Under the pieces are notes generated by a model. The model was given only the letters and a program-made list of their open reading frames with translations, was not told the DNA's origin and did not search any database. 64,000 bases of DNA, from positions 747-64,746 of the forward strand of contig DATJUB010000043.1 of NCBI GenBank assembly GCA_035502775.1. Direction: 5' to 3'. Positions 9,778 through 20,110 of this stretch are shown here, piece after piece. This stretch comes from Solirubrobacterales bacterium (lineage in GTDB: Bacteria > Actinomycetota > Thermoleophilia > Solirubrobacterales > 70-9). How positions within the stretch are numbered: the stretch's first letter is position 1; each line of letters begins with the position of its first letter. The position numbers and the translations under genes are program-made.

Positions 9778-10116
9778 GTGATCACCGTCTACGAGAAACC
9801 CGCCTGCACGACCTGCAAGAACCTCGTGAAGCTGCTGGAGGAGAACGGGATCGAGTTCGAATCGATCGAGTACCAGGTCGAGGGTCTGACCGAACCCGAG
9901 ATCCGGGACCTTCTGGCGAAGTCCGGGATGACCGCCGCGGAAGCGCTGAGGATGCGCGAGGCCGGCGCCAAGGAACTGAAGGCGGCGGGCGCCACCGAGG
10001 ACGAGATCGTCGCGGCGATGGCCGAGCGGCCGGTGCTGCTGCAGCGCCCGTTCGTGGTCAACGGCGATCGGGCCGTGATGGCCAGGCCGGTCGAGCGCGC
10101 CCTCGAGATCCTCTAG
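9778..10116 (+). CDS. ArsC/Spx/YffB-family thioredoxin-fold protein
   Basis: A 112-aa protein with the N-terminal motif MITVYEKPACTTCKN (CxxC) and ...RPFVV..., typical of the ArsC family. GTG start. Confidence 0.7.
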   Translation: MITVYEKPACTTCKNLVKLLEENGIEFESIEYQVEGLTEPEIRDLLAKSGMTAAEALRMREAGAKELKAAGATEDEIVAAMAERPVLLQRPFVVNGDRAVMARPVERALEIL

Positions 10117-10117
10117 C

Positions 10118-11038
10118 TCAGAGGCCCATCTCCCAGGCGATCGGGTCGGCGGATCCCAGCTCCGCCCCGAGCTCGGTCAGCACTCCGGCGAGAGTTTCGC
10201 GACGGACCGCGCCGTAGGTGAGGATGTGGGCCAGCACACCACCGTAGGTGAAGGTCTGCGGCGGCTCGCAGAGCGCGTCGACGAAGGCGTCGTTCCAGGC
10301 ACCGCGATCGCGGATCGATTTGGCCTGGCGGGCGAAGTCGCGTGCGGCCGCCTCGAAGCGTTCGAGGCGCGGACCGCCTTCCGGAGGGGGCACCGGCTCA
10401 CCGTCGATCGAGGCGACCCAGACCTCCAGCGTGTAGACCAGCCGGTCGGCCATCAGCTCGGCGGTCGCCTCTTCGCCCTCGAACCAGACCACGGTGAGAC
10501 CGGGCCGCATCTCGCGGGAGAGCGCCTCCGACTCCATGCCTTCCATGGCCCGCAGCAGTTCCCGCGAGCGGGCGATGTGATGGGAGACCAGCCTCTCCGA
10601 GAGATCCCGGCCGGGTTCCCGCGGACCGCCCGGAATCAGCAGGCCGGCCGGGGCGTGAAAGTGGATGCCGTTCGGTGAATCCAGCTCGACCGGCGACGCC
10701 GAGTCGGCGAATCCGCCGGGAGACACGCCGTAGGCCCGGCTGAACGCGCGGGAGAAGGCTTCCGGTGATCCGTACCCGGCGGCGGCCGAGACCTGGGCGG
10801 CGGTGGCCGTGCCACTCCGCAGCTGCCAGGCGGCCCTCTCCAGGAGCAGCCGGCGTCGCAGCCCGACCGGGGTCTCCCCGGTGGCCGCGGCGAGCAGGCG
10901 GTCGAGGTGGTCGCGGGAAAAGCCGGCCCGCCGGGCCAGGCGAGGACCGTCCGCCCCCGGATCGTCGAGCGATTCGAGCACCATGTCGATCAGGTCGCGC
11001 AATCGGTCGGCCACACCTACATCATGCCGATCCCGCAT
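10118..11038 (-). CDS. AraC-family transcriptional regulator with C-terminal ligand/DinB-like domain
   Basis: The AraC HTH reads QVSAAAGYGSPEAFSRAFSRAYGVSPGGF. I take the start at ATG 11038 (MRDRHDV...). The upstream part of the 399-aa ORF is Arg/Ser-rich shadow. Confidence 0.7.
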   Translation of the reverse strand: MRDRHDVGVADRLRDLIDMVLESLDDPGADGPRLARRAGFSRDHLDRLLAAATGETPVGLRRRLLLERAAWQLRSGTATAAQVSAAAGYGSPEAFSRAFSRAYGVSPGGFADSASPVELDSPNGIHFHAPAGLLIPGGPREPGRDLSERLVSHHIARSRELLRAMEGMESEALSREMRPGLTVVWFEGEEATAELMADRLVYTLEVWVASIDGEPVPPPEGGPRLERFEAAARDFARQAKSIRDRGAWNDAFVDALCEPPQTFTYGGVLAHILTYGAVRRETLAGVLTELGAELGSADPIAWEMGL

Positions 11039-11094
11039 TGATCTTTTTCGACTTTCTTCTGGATTTCCGCTCCTGCCGCACCTACGGTCACCCC

Positions 11095-11559
11095 ATGCCC
11101 AGTTGGAACGAATTCGAGGAGGCGGCGCCCGAACTCGCCGAGCGAGTGCGCGAACGCCTCGATGCCCATGTACACAAGACCATCGCCACCCTGCGCAAGG
11201 ATGGCTCCCCGCGGATCTCCGGGACCGAGACCCAGATCCGCGAGGACGAGCTCTGGATCGGATCGATGCCGAACGCGTTGAAGGCGAAGGACCTGCAGCG
11301 GGATCCCCGCTACTCACTCCACTCGGGGTCGGACGACCCGCCGGGCTGGAAGGGCGACGCGAAGGTCTCGGGCCTGGTCGAGGAGATCACCGACCCGGAG
11401 ACCGTCCAGCGGCTCAACGGACACGGCCCTCCCGGTCCGTCCCACCTCTTCCGCCTGGAGATCGATGAGGCATCGGTGGTCAAGCTGAACGAGGCCGGCG
11501 ACGGCATCATCGTCACCCTGTGGTCTCCCGAGCGCGGAGTCCGGGAAGTGAGGAGGTGA
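11095..11559 (+). CDS. Pyridoxamine 5'-phosphate oxidase-family (FMN/F420-binding split-barrel) protein
   Basis: A 154-aa protein starting MPSWNEFEEAAPELAERVRERL..., with TLRKDGSPRISG....LWIGSM..., a PPOX-like layout. The in-frame ATG is at 11095. Confidence 0.6.
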   Translation: MPSWNEFEEAAPELAERVRERLDAHVHKTIATLRKDGSPRISGTETQIREDELWIGSMPNALKAKDLQRDPRYSLHSGSDDPPGWKGDAKVSGLVEEITDPETVQRLNGHGPPGPSHLFRLEIDEASVVKLNEAGDGIIVTLWSPERGVREVRR

Positions 11560-11563
11560 CGGG

Positions 11564-11956
11564 ATGGCCGCCGATCCCCGCCGCAGGCTGCGGCGGATCG
11601 TCGACGGACTCGGTCTGGAAGCGGACGACAGAGTGCTCGAGATCGGCTGCGGACACGGCGTCGCGGCGGAGATGGTCTGCGAGCGGCTGACCGGAGGCCG
11701 CTACACGGCGGTTGACCGCTCGGAAAAGATGATCGCGGCGGCGAAGAAGCGCAATTCGGCACATCTGCGATCCGGGAGGGCCGAGTTCATCGTCGGGGAA
11801 CTCGAGGACCTCAACCTGGGGGATCGCCGGTTCGATCTGATCTTCGCGGTGCGGGTCGGACTTTTCCACCGGGAACCGGCGTGGGCCGAAGGCCTAGTCT
11901 CCCCCTGGCTCGCGCCCGGCGGCCGAATCCTGGGGTTCTACGACACTCCGGGATGA
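11564..11956 (+). CDS. Class I SAM-dependent methyltransferase
   Basis: Motif I reads VLEIGCGHGVAAEMV, and there is a downstream acidic loop (DLIFAV). Confidence 0.7.
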   Translation: MAADPRRRLRRIVDGLGLEADDRVLEIGCGHGVAAEMVCERLTGGRYTAVDRSEKMIAAAKKRNSAHLRSGRAEFIVGELEDLNLGDRRFDLIFAVRVGLFHREPAWAEGLVSPWLAPGGRILGFYDTPG

Positions 11957-11959
11957 GTC

Positions 11960-13231
11960 CTAGCGCAGCTTGAGCCGGACGGTCTCGGCCCCTCCCGGCG
12001 CCGTGACCTTGAGCTTCATCTTCTCGCCCTTCAGGCTGCCGGGGCGTCCGCGGTACTTGGCGAGCAGCCTGAGCTTCACTTTCACCAGCCCGGCTCCCTT
12101 CGCCCGGCCCAGTCCCCGAGCGACGATCCTGCCGCCGACCGTACCGACGATCTTGACCGCTCCCGCCTTCGCGACCCGCACCTTGACCACGACCCCGCGA
12201 ACGAGTCCCTTCGCGGTGACGCGGACCGGGAGCGTCACCGCGAAGCCGTCCTCGCCGGGGCCGGGGCCGGGTCCCCCATCCCCGCCCAGCGAAGCCGAAC
12301 CGAACGAGGGCATCTCGCCGGTCGCCGAGATGACCACGGGGGAGCGGGTCAGCACACAGGGTTCGGCACCCGAGAAGTCGGGGGACCCCGCGACCACCAC
12401 GCCGCGATCGTCCTGCCAGGTGACCAGCCTGCCGTCCGCCGAGACCGAGACATCGGTCGCCACCCCCTGCGCCGGCAGGAAGCAGTCGCCGGATCCGATC
12501 TCGCCACCGAGCGTGCCGCGAACCATCGCGATCTTCCCCGTCGTCATCTCACCGCCGGTCCAGGCGACCAACTCGATCGCGGCCACGGTGCCGTTCGCGG
12601 AAACGTCGGTCCGCTGCAGTTCCAGGCCGGTGGGTGAGGTGTCGATCCAGGGATCGAAATCGAGAGCGAACGGCACCTGGGCCATCTCCCTCTGAACGTT
12701 GACCGTTCCACCGTCGGCCGTGACGATCCGGTCGCCGACGGTGGTCGGCCACTTCCATCCGGCGATGCGGAAAGGCTCGGTCGCGGGAGTCCGGTCCGCG
12801 TACAGCACGTAGGTGCCGGTCTCGAACTGGGTGTTCGGATAGAAGCCCGTCATGTTCGAGTAGCCGTAGACGACGTTGCGGCCGTCCGCGGTCAAATCGA
12901 GAGACACGGGAAAGGCCGAGGTCGACCACCCCGGCTGCGCCTTCAGTGATCCCTGATAGATCTCCTCGCCGTCCTTGCCCCAAAGGGTGAAGGTGTTCAG
13001 CGGGGCGATCTTGCCCGGCTCGCGGCGCACGGCGATCACCCGTCCGTTGTCGGCCTGGGCGATTTCCCGCCACACCCGGCCATCCGGAGTGGGGCCACTC
13101 AATCGCTTGCTCTTCGTGCCATCGTCGGACTTGAGCCACACCGATCCACCGTCGAGATACGCAACGGTCGCGGCACCGGCCGGTGCCGCGGCGGCACACA
13201 GGATAAGGATCGTCAGGAGAGCTGTTTTCAT
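11960..13231 (-). CDS. Secreted hypothetical protein (beta-rich) with Lys/Arg-rich C-terminal tail domain
   Basis: Sec signal peptide MKTALLTILILCAAAAPAGAATVAY. The body is beta-propeller-like and unassigned. The last roughly 95 aa are VKVRVAKAGAVKIVG...VKVKLRLLAKYRG...KMKLKVTAPGGAETVRLKLR. Confidence 0.6.
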   Translation of the reverse strand: MKTALLTILILCAAAAPAGAATVAYLDGGSVWLKSDDGTKSKRLSGPTPDGRVWREIAQADNGRVIAVRREPGKIAPLNTFTLWGKDGEEIYQGSLKAQPGWSTSAFPVSLDLTADGRNVVYGYSNMTGFYPNTQFETGTYVLYADRTPATEPFRIAGWKWPTTVGDRIVTADGGTVNVQREMAQVPFALDFDPWIDTSPTGLELQRTDVSANGTVAAIELVAWTGGEMTTGKIAMVRGTLGGEIGSGDCFLPAQGVATDVSVSADGRLVTWQDDRGVVVAGSPDFSGAEPCVLTRSPVVISATGEMPSFGSASLGGDGGPGPGPGEDGFAVTLPVRVTAKGLVRGVVVKVRVAKAGAVKIVGTVGGRIVARGLGRAKGAGLVKVKLRLLAKYRGRPGSLKGEKMKLKVTAPGGAETVRLKLR

Positions 13232-13305
13232 CGGCCACTCAGCTTGCCGCCCGGAGAAACGATCCGCATCGGTGTAACTACGTAACCGCCGAATATCCTG
13301 GTGTC

Positions 13306-15951
13306 ATGTCGGGGCGCTTCGATCGGATACCGGGTGAATTGATCGGGCGCGACCGGGAACTGGAGAGGCTGAATCGGATGATCGGCGAACTCCAGTCCGG
13401 CCGTGGCTCAGCTCTGCTGATCGAAGGCGGCCCCGGTGTCGGCAAGAGCTCCCTCCTGCAGGCGATCGATGGACGGTCGGCCCCGGTGATCCGGGCGACC
13501 GGCGTCGAGACGGAATCGGGATTGCCGCTGTCCGGCCTCGAAGAGATCCTGTCCGGAATCCCCGGGGCACCGTCCGACCGGGATCATGAGCTGGACCCGG
13601 CGATGCGTCTGCGCCGGGTCGCGGAACTGATCGAAGAGTCCGCCCCGCTGATCGTGCTGGTCGACGATCTTCAATGGCTCGATCCGTCCTCCCGGGGAGC
13701 GGTCGGCTATCTGGCGAGAAGAGCCTCACGGCTCGGCATCGTCCTGATCGCGGTCTGGTCCCGCCGGGGAGAAACGGCCGATGAGTGGCCGGGGGTACCG
13801 ACGATGCTCCTGGAAGATCTGGGTACCGGCGACGCGCTTGATCTCGCCTCCCGTTCCGGCCTGTCCGAACCGGTGGCCGAGGCATTGATCGCGGCGGTCG
13901 GTGGCAATCCGCTGGCGATCGTCGAGGCACCGGCCGAACTTTCGGCGGCGCAGCGAAGCGGCCGCGCGCTGCTTCCCGATCCGATGCCGGCCGGCGGCCG
14001 CCTGCGGCGCGCCTACGCCGAACGGATGGAAAGCCTGCCCCCGGAGACGGCCGAGGCGCTGCTGCTGGCCGCCGCGGGCGCTCCCGGAACTCTGGTCTCG
14101 TCACGCCTGGGTCCGGCCGAGGATGCCGGGCTGGTCCGGCTGGGAAGCGCGACCGATTCCGGCATCGAATTCACCCATCCGCTGGCCCGCTCCGCCGCCT
14201 ACCACTCGGCGGCCCCATCGAAGCGGCGCGCCGCCCATCGCCGGATCGCCGCCGGCAGTGAGGAGCCGGAACGCTCCTGGCAGCTTTCCCTCGCGGCGGA
14301 GGCTCCCGACGAAACCCTGGCCGACAGCCTGGACGCGATCGGGCAGGCGGCCGGAAGGCAGGGAGCCCCGGCGACCGGGGCGGCGGTGCTCGAGCGCTCG
14401 GCCAGACTCACGCCGGATCCCGAGATCGCCGCCGACCGTTCCATCGCCGCCGCGGCGATGGCTCTGATCGCCGGGCAGCCCGCCCGGGCACGCGGGCTGC
14501 TCGACTCCCTGCTTCCGAAAGTGGAGGATCCGGGCCGCAGAGCGGATGTGCAGCTGCTGCGCGGCATCGCGATCTACCAGTCCGGCCGGCCGCAGGAGGC
14601 CTGCGCCCTGCTGGAGAGCGAAGCCGAGCTGATCGCGCCGACCGATCCCGGCAGAGCGACCGCCCTGCTGACCCAGGCCTGTGTCGCCTTGATGGGTCCC
14701 GGTCCCATGTCCCGGGTCGGGACATTGGCGGAACGTGCCCGGACCCTCGCGCCGGATGGCGCGGAGATGATTCCCGCCGTGATCGGGGCCGAGGTTCTGG
14801 TCTCGCTCGGCGAGCATCACCGGGCCCGCGCCTTGCTCAACGAGAACGAGGCGGCCCTGCGCGGCTGGGATCCGACCGCGCCCGGCCACGAGGTGCTCGC
14901 CGTCGCCGGCCTTTGCCGCCTTTGGCTCGGTGACCACGACGAGGCGCTGGCCGGTCTCACCCGGCTGATCGAGGCCGATCGCGCGGCCGGGGCGGACAGT
15001 GTGCTCGCCGCGCCGCTCGCGGTGATGGCCACCCTCCATCTTCGCCGGGGTGATCTGCGGCAGGCCCGGGAGCACGCGATCGAGGCCGCCGAGATCGCCG
15101 ACACCGGCCTCGGTGGGTTCGGCCTCACCCTGTCACTAGCCGCCGAGGCGATGGTCGCGGCCCATGTCGGGGACGAGGAAACCTGCCGTCGAGCCGCCGA
15201 GAGAATGTTCGATCTGGGCACCAGGCTGGAGCTGACCTCGACCCTCGCCGCTGCCGAGCAGGCTCTCGGCCAGCTCGAGCTGGGGCGAGGCGAGACCGCC
15301 GGCGCCGCGGCCCATCTTGGCCGGGCGCTCGAGTACACCCGCGCCCACGGCACGGTCGATCCCGGTTTTCTGTTCACCCACGCCGATCTGATCGAGGCAC
15401 TGGTCCACTCCGGCAGGCCGGACGAGGCGATCGAGGTCATGTCCGAGCTGGAGGCGGGAGCCGAACTGACCGGTTCGGGCTGGTCGCGCGCCGCGGTCGA
15501 ACGGTGCCGGGGCCTGCTGGGTCCCGACGATGAGCTCGATTCCCGCCTGGATGCGGCGTTGGCCGCCCACCGCGATCCGGCGATGCCGTTCGAAGCGGCC
15601 CGAACCCGGCTCGCGATCGGGGAACGCATGAGGCGGGCCCGGCGCCGGACCGACGCCAGGGTTCAGCTGGAGGCCGCCCACCGGGCGTTCACCGAGATGG
15701 GCGCGGTCGAGTGGGCCGCCCGGGCCGGGCGCGAGCTCGCCGCGACCGCCCCCGGCGGTGCTTCCACCGACGAGCTCACGTCGCGGGAACGCGACGTCTG
15801 CCGGCTGGTCGCCGCCGGTTCGACCAACCGCGAGGTCGCCTCCGCCCTTTTCCTCTCTCCTCGCACGGTCGAGCACCACCTGCGCATGGCCTACCGCAAG
15901 CTCGGGGTGCGCTCGCGGACCGAACTGGCCGCCCGGTGGCCGGCTACTTGA
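13306..15951 (+). CDS. LAL-type LuxR-family transcriptional regulator (N-terminal AAA ATPase, TPR-like middle, C-terminal LuxR HTH)
   Basis: Walker A is GGPGVGKSSLL and Walker B is LIVLVDDLQWLD. The C-terminal HTH reads LTSRERDVCRLVAAGSTNREVASALFLSPRTVEHHLRMAYRKLGV. Confidence 0.85.
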   Translation: MSGRFDRIPGELIGRDRELERLNRMIGELQSGRGSALLIEGGPGVGKSSLLQAIDGRSAPVIRATGVETESGLPLSGLEEILSGIPGAPSDRDHELDPAMRLRRVAELIEESAPLIVLVDDLQWLDPSSRGAVGYLARRASRLGIVLIAVWSRRGETADEWPGVPTMLLEDLGTGDALDLASRSGLSEPVAEALIAAVGGNPLAIVEAPAELSAAQRSGRALLPDPMPAGGRLRRAYAERMESLPPETAEALLLAAAGAPGTLVSSRLGPAEDAGLVRLGSATDSGIEFTHPLARSAAYHSAAPSKRRAAHRRIAAGSEEPERSWQLSLAAEAPDETLADSLDAIGQAAGRQGAPATGAAVLERSARLTPDPEIAADRSIAAAAMALIAGQPARARGLLDSLLPKVEDPGRRADVQLLRGIAIYQSGRPQEACALLESEAELIAPTDPGRATALLTQACVALMGPGPMSRVGTLAERARTLAPDGAEMIPAVIGAEVLVSLGEHHRARALLNENEAALRGWDPTAPGHEVLAVAGLCRLWLGDHDEALAGLTRLIEADRAAGADSVLAAPLAVMATLHLRRGDLRQAREHAIEAAEIADTGLGGFGLTLSLAAEAMVAAHVGDEETCRRAAERMFDLGTRLELTSTLAAAEQALGQLELGRGETAGAAAHLGRALEYTRAHGTVDPGFLFTHADLIEALVHSGRPDEAIEVMSELEAGAELTGSGWSRAAVERCRGLLGPDDELDSRLDAALAAHRDPAMPFEAARTRLAIGERMRRARRRTDARVQLEAAHRAFTEMGAVEWAARAGRELAATAPGGASTDELTSRERDVCRLVAAGSTNREVASALFLSPRTVEHHLRMAYRKLGVRSRTELAARWPAT

Positions 15952-16789
15952 GCAGCTTCGAAAGCCGCCGGTCCTTCAGGGATCTACCGTCCGTCTGATC
16001 GGCCGGGCAGTAACACATCACGTAGTCCTTGTAGTGGACCGCCTCGATCGTCGATCCGCACCTGGGACATGGTTCGCCTTCGTGCCGGTGCACCTGGAGC
16101 GGCAGGGGAAGCTTGTCCGGCAGCGGCACCGAAAGCTCGGTTTCGTAGAGCTCGATCGCGCCGCCGAGCCGGCCGATGACCGCGTCCCGCAGGGCCGAGG
16201 ATTCATCCGGGCTCAGATCGTTGCCGCGCTTGAAGGGTGAAAGTCTCGCGGTCCAGAGGATCTCGTCCACCCATGAGCGTCCGATTCCGGCGATCACCCG
16301 CTGGTCCCTGAGAACCGTGTAGAGCGGACGGGCCGAGTCCAGGGTCTCGGTCAGGTCGGGTGGATCGGGCCAGGCCTCCGGCCCGAGACCGGCCAGGGTC
16401 TCGTCGCTCTCGACTTCCCCGGTCGGCACGACCTTCGCCCAGGCACGCTGGTGGGTGCCGAACTCACGCAGCCTCAGCTCCGAGCCGCCATCGAGCCGGA
16501 TCAGCAGGCGCGAGCGCCGGTCCTTGGGTCCGGCCCGCTTCTCGAAGAGCTGGAGACGCCCGGCGGACATCAGGTGAATCAGCACCGAGTGGCCCGAGTC
16601 CGAGTCGAGGATGAAGATCTTGCCGCGCCGCCGGATCCCGGTCAGCCGGTGCCCCTCGAGCACCTGAATCGGCGGCTTGAAGGTGCGGACGGTGTTGAGG
16701 CCCGGGGACATCACCGACTCCACGGTCATGCCCGCGACGGCGTCTCCCAGCAGGCGGGCGGTGATCTCTACCTCGGGCAGCTCGGGCAT
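15944..16789 (-). CDS. Formamidopyrimidine-DNA glycosylase / endonuclease VIII family (Fpg/Nei)
   Basis: The start at ATG 16789 gives MPELPEVE (catalytic Pro2/Glu3). A C-terminal zinc finger reads CPRCGSTIE...CYCPADQ. The upstream 129 codons of the ORF are shadow. It overlaps the LuxR gene 3' end by 8 nt. Confidence 0.85.
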   Translation of the reverse strand: MPELPEVEITARLLGDAVAGMTVESVMSPGLNTVRTFKPPIQVLEGHRLTGIRRRGKIFILDSDSGHSVLIHLMSAGRLQLFEKRAGPKDRRSRLLIRLDGGSELRLREFGTHQRAWAKVVPTGEVESDETLAGLGPEAWPDPPDLTETLDSARPLYTVLRDQRVIAGIGRSWVDEILWTARLSPFKRGNDLSPDESSALRDAVIGRLGGAIELYETELSVPLPDKLPLPLQVHRHEGEPCPRCGSTIEAVHYKDYVMCYCPADQTDGRSLKDRRLSKLLK

Positions 16790-16855
16790 CCCCCGATTGT
16801 GCCCGGCGGACCGCCGGGGCGCAACCGGCGGTCGAAACGGAGGTAGCCTCCACCC

Positions 16856-17311
16856 ATGCCGGAATCCGCCCCCTCGAACTGGATGCAGGTCGACGACCCG
16901 GTGGAGACCCTGGCCGGTGACTGGACCTTCGAGCGAACGGTGACCGATTCGCTGAGTGGCACCACCGGCGCCGCGAGCGGGATCGCCCGCTTCGAACGCT
17001 CGGGCGACGGTCTCGATTGGGATGAGACCGGGACGCTCCGTTTCGGCGGGCATGACTTCGACGCGAAGCGCCGCATGTCGATCGCCCGCGAAGACGGTGA
17101 GTGGCAGGTGAGGTTCGACGACGGCCGTCCCTTCCATCCGCTCGACCTGAACCGGGGACGATGCGAGGTCGGCCATCCCTGCCGCGACGATTTCTACTCG
17201 GGCACGATCGAGATGCTGAGTACCGGTGACGGCCCCGAGCTGAGGACCGAGTGGCGGGTCCGCGGCCCGAAAAAGGACCAGCTGATCCGTACCCGCTACC
17301 GGCGGGTCTGA
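16856..17311 (+). CDS. Hypothetical protein (151 aa, small beta-barrel-like, function unknown)
   Basis: A clean ORF with host-like composition. It has no motif I can name with confidence. Confidence 0.5.
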   Translation: MPESAPSNWMQVDDPVETLAGDWTFERTVTDSLSGTTGAASGIARFERSGDGLDWDETGTLRFGGHDFDAKRRMSIAREDGEWQVRFDDGRPFHPLDLNRGRCEVGHPCRDDFYSGTIEMLSTGDGPELRTEWRVRGPKKDQLIRTRYRRV

Positions 17312-18564
17312 AGATCCGGTTCGTCGGCGGCGCGCCGCGCGGCCAGGTGACGCTGAGCCGCCAGCGCCGCCACGGCCAGGATCGCGACCACCGTGCCGTA
17401 GACGATGGTGGTCGACTTCAGCCCGAAGGAGCTGCTGCTGGCCACCCCGGCGATCAGTGCGGGCACGCTGTAGGTCACGTACGAGATCACGAAGGCGACC
17501 GCGAACAGCGCGCCCCGTTCGTCCGGCCCGGCGATACGGGCCAGCGTGCCGAACGAGCCGAGGGCGGAAGCGCCGAAGCCCACGCCGGCGATCAGCGTGC
17601 CGGCCCCGGAGAGCAGGGCGAGCTCGAGGATCACCCCGGCCATCGTCACCAGCATTCCGGCGACCAGCAACAGCCCGGCGAGATTCAGCAGCCGGTCGGA
17701 TGTCCAGTCACGCAGGACGAACGCGGTGACGGCACCGGTGCCGCAGAGCAGCGTCACCACGAGTCCGCCGATCAGGTTGCTCTCCAGCCCGAACACGTTG
17801 GCCGCGACCGATGGACCGAGCGAGAGGTAGAGCCCGCCCAGCGCCCAGCTGGCGGTGATGATCGGGATCAGCGAGTAGACCCGCGGCCGCAGGCGGACCG
17901 GAATGCCCACCTTTGGTTTCAGTGACTGGCGTGCGCCCGGCACCAGGGTCGAGGTTTCCGGCATCCGCGCGACCATCGCTCCCGCAACCACCATCCCGGC
18001 CAGCAGCAGGACGAAGACGAGGTGGGTCGGCTCGGGCGCGTACTGCGCGAGCGCGCCGCAGCCCAGGGCGCCGATCGCCAGGCCACCCAGCGGCACGATG
18101 CTGTTGACCACCCCGGCCCGGCCCGGGGCGTGGGCCGGGTTGAGGTCGACCAGGGCCGCGCCCATCGTGGTCATCGCCGCGCCGGTGGCGATGCCCTGCA
18201 GGAACCGGGCGACCGACAGCACCGCGATGTCGCCGGCGAAGAGAAAGAGCAACAGAGCGATCGTCTCCAGGGCGATCGCCGCGCCCAGCACGGGACGGCG
18301 GCCGATGTGGTCGGAGAGCGCCCCGACGACCAGCAGTGCTCCCAGAAGTCCGGCAACGTAGATCGCGAAGATGAAGGTGATCGTGGTGTCGGAGAATCCC
18401 CAGGCCTCCTGGTAGACCACGTAGAGCGGGGTCGGCACGGCGGATGCCGCCGTGAAGAGCAGGAAGATCAGGGCGATCGCCGTGAACGAGGTCGGATGTG
18501 AGAGCCGGGCCCTGGACGGGCTCCCGGCCTTCGAGGCCGGTGCTTGAGGGGTCGTTGCGGTCAT
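17296..18564 (-). CDS. MFS transporter (12 TM)
   Basis: The hydrophobic 12-segment pattern is present, with the motif GALSDHIGRRPVL. I take the start at ATG 18564 (MTATTPQAP...). Confidence 0.75.
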   Translation of the reverse strand: MTATTPQAPASKAGSPSRARLSHPTSFTAIALIFLLFTAASAVPTPLYVVYQEAWGFSDTTITFIFAIYVAGLLGALLVVGALSDHIGRRPVLGAAIALETIALLLFLFAGDIAVLSVARFLQGIATGAAMTTMGAALVDLNPAHAPGRAGVVNSIVPLGGLAIGALGCGALAQYAPEPTHLVFVLLLAGMVVAGAMVARMPETSTLVPGARQSLKPKVGIPVRLRPRVYSLIPIITASWALGGLYLSLGPSVAANVFGLESNLIGGLVVTLLCGTGAVTAFVLRDWTSDRLLNLAGLLLVAGMLVTMAGVILELALLSGAGTLIAGVGFGASALGSFGTLARIAGPDERGALFAVAFVISYVTYSVPALIAGVASSSSFGLKSTTIVYGTVVAILAVAALAAQRHLAARRAADEPDLQTRR

Positions 18565-18711
18565 GCCACCATGCGGTCGAGAGTTGCCGGCCGAAGTCCG
18601 GCCGGACAGTGACCATACCCATGCGCCGTGTTCCGCAAGGCCCACTCGGGCCACGCGCTACAGTTGCGTAAGCAACGAAATTGCGCAGGCTACCGGCACC
18701 GGAGGTACATC

Positions 18712-19269
18712 ATGAGATTCATGTTCACCGCGCTTCGAGTTCTGATCGGGGCACTCTTCATCGGCCACGGCACCCAGAAACTCTTCGGCTGGTTCAACGG
18801 ACACGGGCTCGAGGCCACAGCAGGCGGCTTCGACTCGATGGGACTGAAGCCCGGCAAGGCGACCGCCGTGGTCGCCGGGATGAGCGAAGCGGGCGGCGGC
18901 GCCCTGCTCGCCTCGGGCATGGCGACGCCCGCCGCGGGAGCCGCCCTCACCGGCACCATGATCCAGGCGATCCGCACCGTGCACGCCAAGAACGGACCCT
19001 GGGTCTCGAACGGCGGCTGGGAGTACAACGCGGTGCTGATCGCCGCGGTGCTGGCGATCGTCGAACACGGACCCGGCCCGTTCTCGATCGACGGTGCCCT
19101 CGATCTCGACCTGAAGGGCTCCGGGTGGGCGTTGGCCGCCCTGGCCGCCGGTATCGCCGGTCCACCCCTGGTTCAGATCGCGCTGGCGACGTTCGCTGAG
19201 ACCGATGCCGAAACCGGAAATGGCGAAACTCCCGATGCCGGGAGCGAAACCGAGGCCGAAACAGCCTGA
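18712..19269 (+). CDS. DoxX-family membrane protein
   Basis: MRFMFTALRVLIGALFIGHGTQKLFGWF is the DoxX signature. GGAGG lies at 18701-18705, 6 nt before ATG 18712. Confidence 0.8.
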   Translation: MRFMFTALRVLIGALFIGHGTQKLFGWFNGHGLEATAGGFDSMGLKPGKATAVVAGMSEAGGGALLASGMATPAAGAALTGTMIQAIRTVHAKNGPWVSNGGWEYNAVLIAAVLAIVEHGPGPFSIDGALDLDLKGSGWALAALAAGIAGPPLVQIALATFAETDAETGNGETPDAGSETEAETA

Positions 19270-19285
19270 TCGCTAGGGTCCGGCC

Positions 19286-20110
19286 ATGTCAGCCGACCGG
19301 GTTCAGATCAAGATCGAGGATCACGTCGCCGAGGTGGCGATGGTCCGAAGCGACAAGCACAACGCCCTCGACGGCGACATGTTCGAGGCGATCGCCTCGG
19401 CTGCCTCGACCGTTGCGGACGAGCCCGGCGTCCGGGCCGTGGTGCTCCATGGTGAGGGACCGAGCTTCTGCTCCGGGATCGACGTCGGCTGGCTCGCCGG
19501 CGAGAAGGCCGAAGGGTTCGGTGACGAGGCGATCAAGCGTGATGATTTCGGGGCCAACCTGTTCCAGCGTGTCGCCACCGCGTGGCTCGAGGTGCCGGTG
19601 CCGGTGATCGCCGCGATTCATGGCAACTGCCTCGGTGGGGGACTGCAGATCGCCCTCGGGGCGGACCTTCGCCTGACCGCCGCCGACGCGAAGCTGAGCG
19701 TGCGGGAGGTCCATTGGGGGCTGGTGCCCGACATGGGGATCACCGCGACCCTGCCTCGCCTGCTGCCGCTCGACGTCGCCAAGGAACTCACCTACACCGG
19801 CAAGGTCATCAGCGGCGAAGAGGCCGCCGCGATCGGTCTCGCCACCCGGGTCGAGTCCGATCCGCTCGGCGCGGCCCGCGAGCTGGCCACCCAGATCGCC
19901 GGCCGTTCCCCGGACGCGGTCCGCGCGGCCAAGAGGCTCTTCGAACACAGCTGGCATGAGGGTGGCCGGGCCGGCCTCGAACTCGAGTCCGAGCTTCAGT
20001 TCGGACTGATCGGGTCGCCGAACCAGATGGCCGCCGTGATGGCCGGGGTGACCAAGGAGCCCGCGGAGTTCACCGATCCGGAGCCCGGGTCGCGCGGCGC
20101 CTCGCGCTGA
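19286..20110 (+). CDS. Enoyl-CoA hydratase/isomerase (crotonase) family protein
   Basis: Crotonase-fold features are present: ...NALD..M...., VVLHGEGPSFCSGIDV, AAIHGNCLGGGLQIAL. Confidence 0.8.
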   Translation: MSADRVQIKIEDHVAEVAMVRSDKHNALDGDMFEAIASAASTVADEPGVRAVVLHGEGPSFCSGIDVGWLAGEKAEGFGDEAIKRDDFGANLFQRVATAWLEVPVPVIAAIHGNCLGGGLQIALGADLRLTAADAKLSVREVHWGLVPDMGITATLPRLLPLDVAKELTYTGKVISGEEAAAIGLATRVESDPLGAARELATQIAGRSPDAVRAAKRLFEHSWHEGGRAGLELESELQFGLIGSPNQMAAVMAGVTKEPAEFTDPEPGSRGASR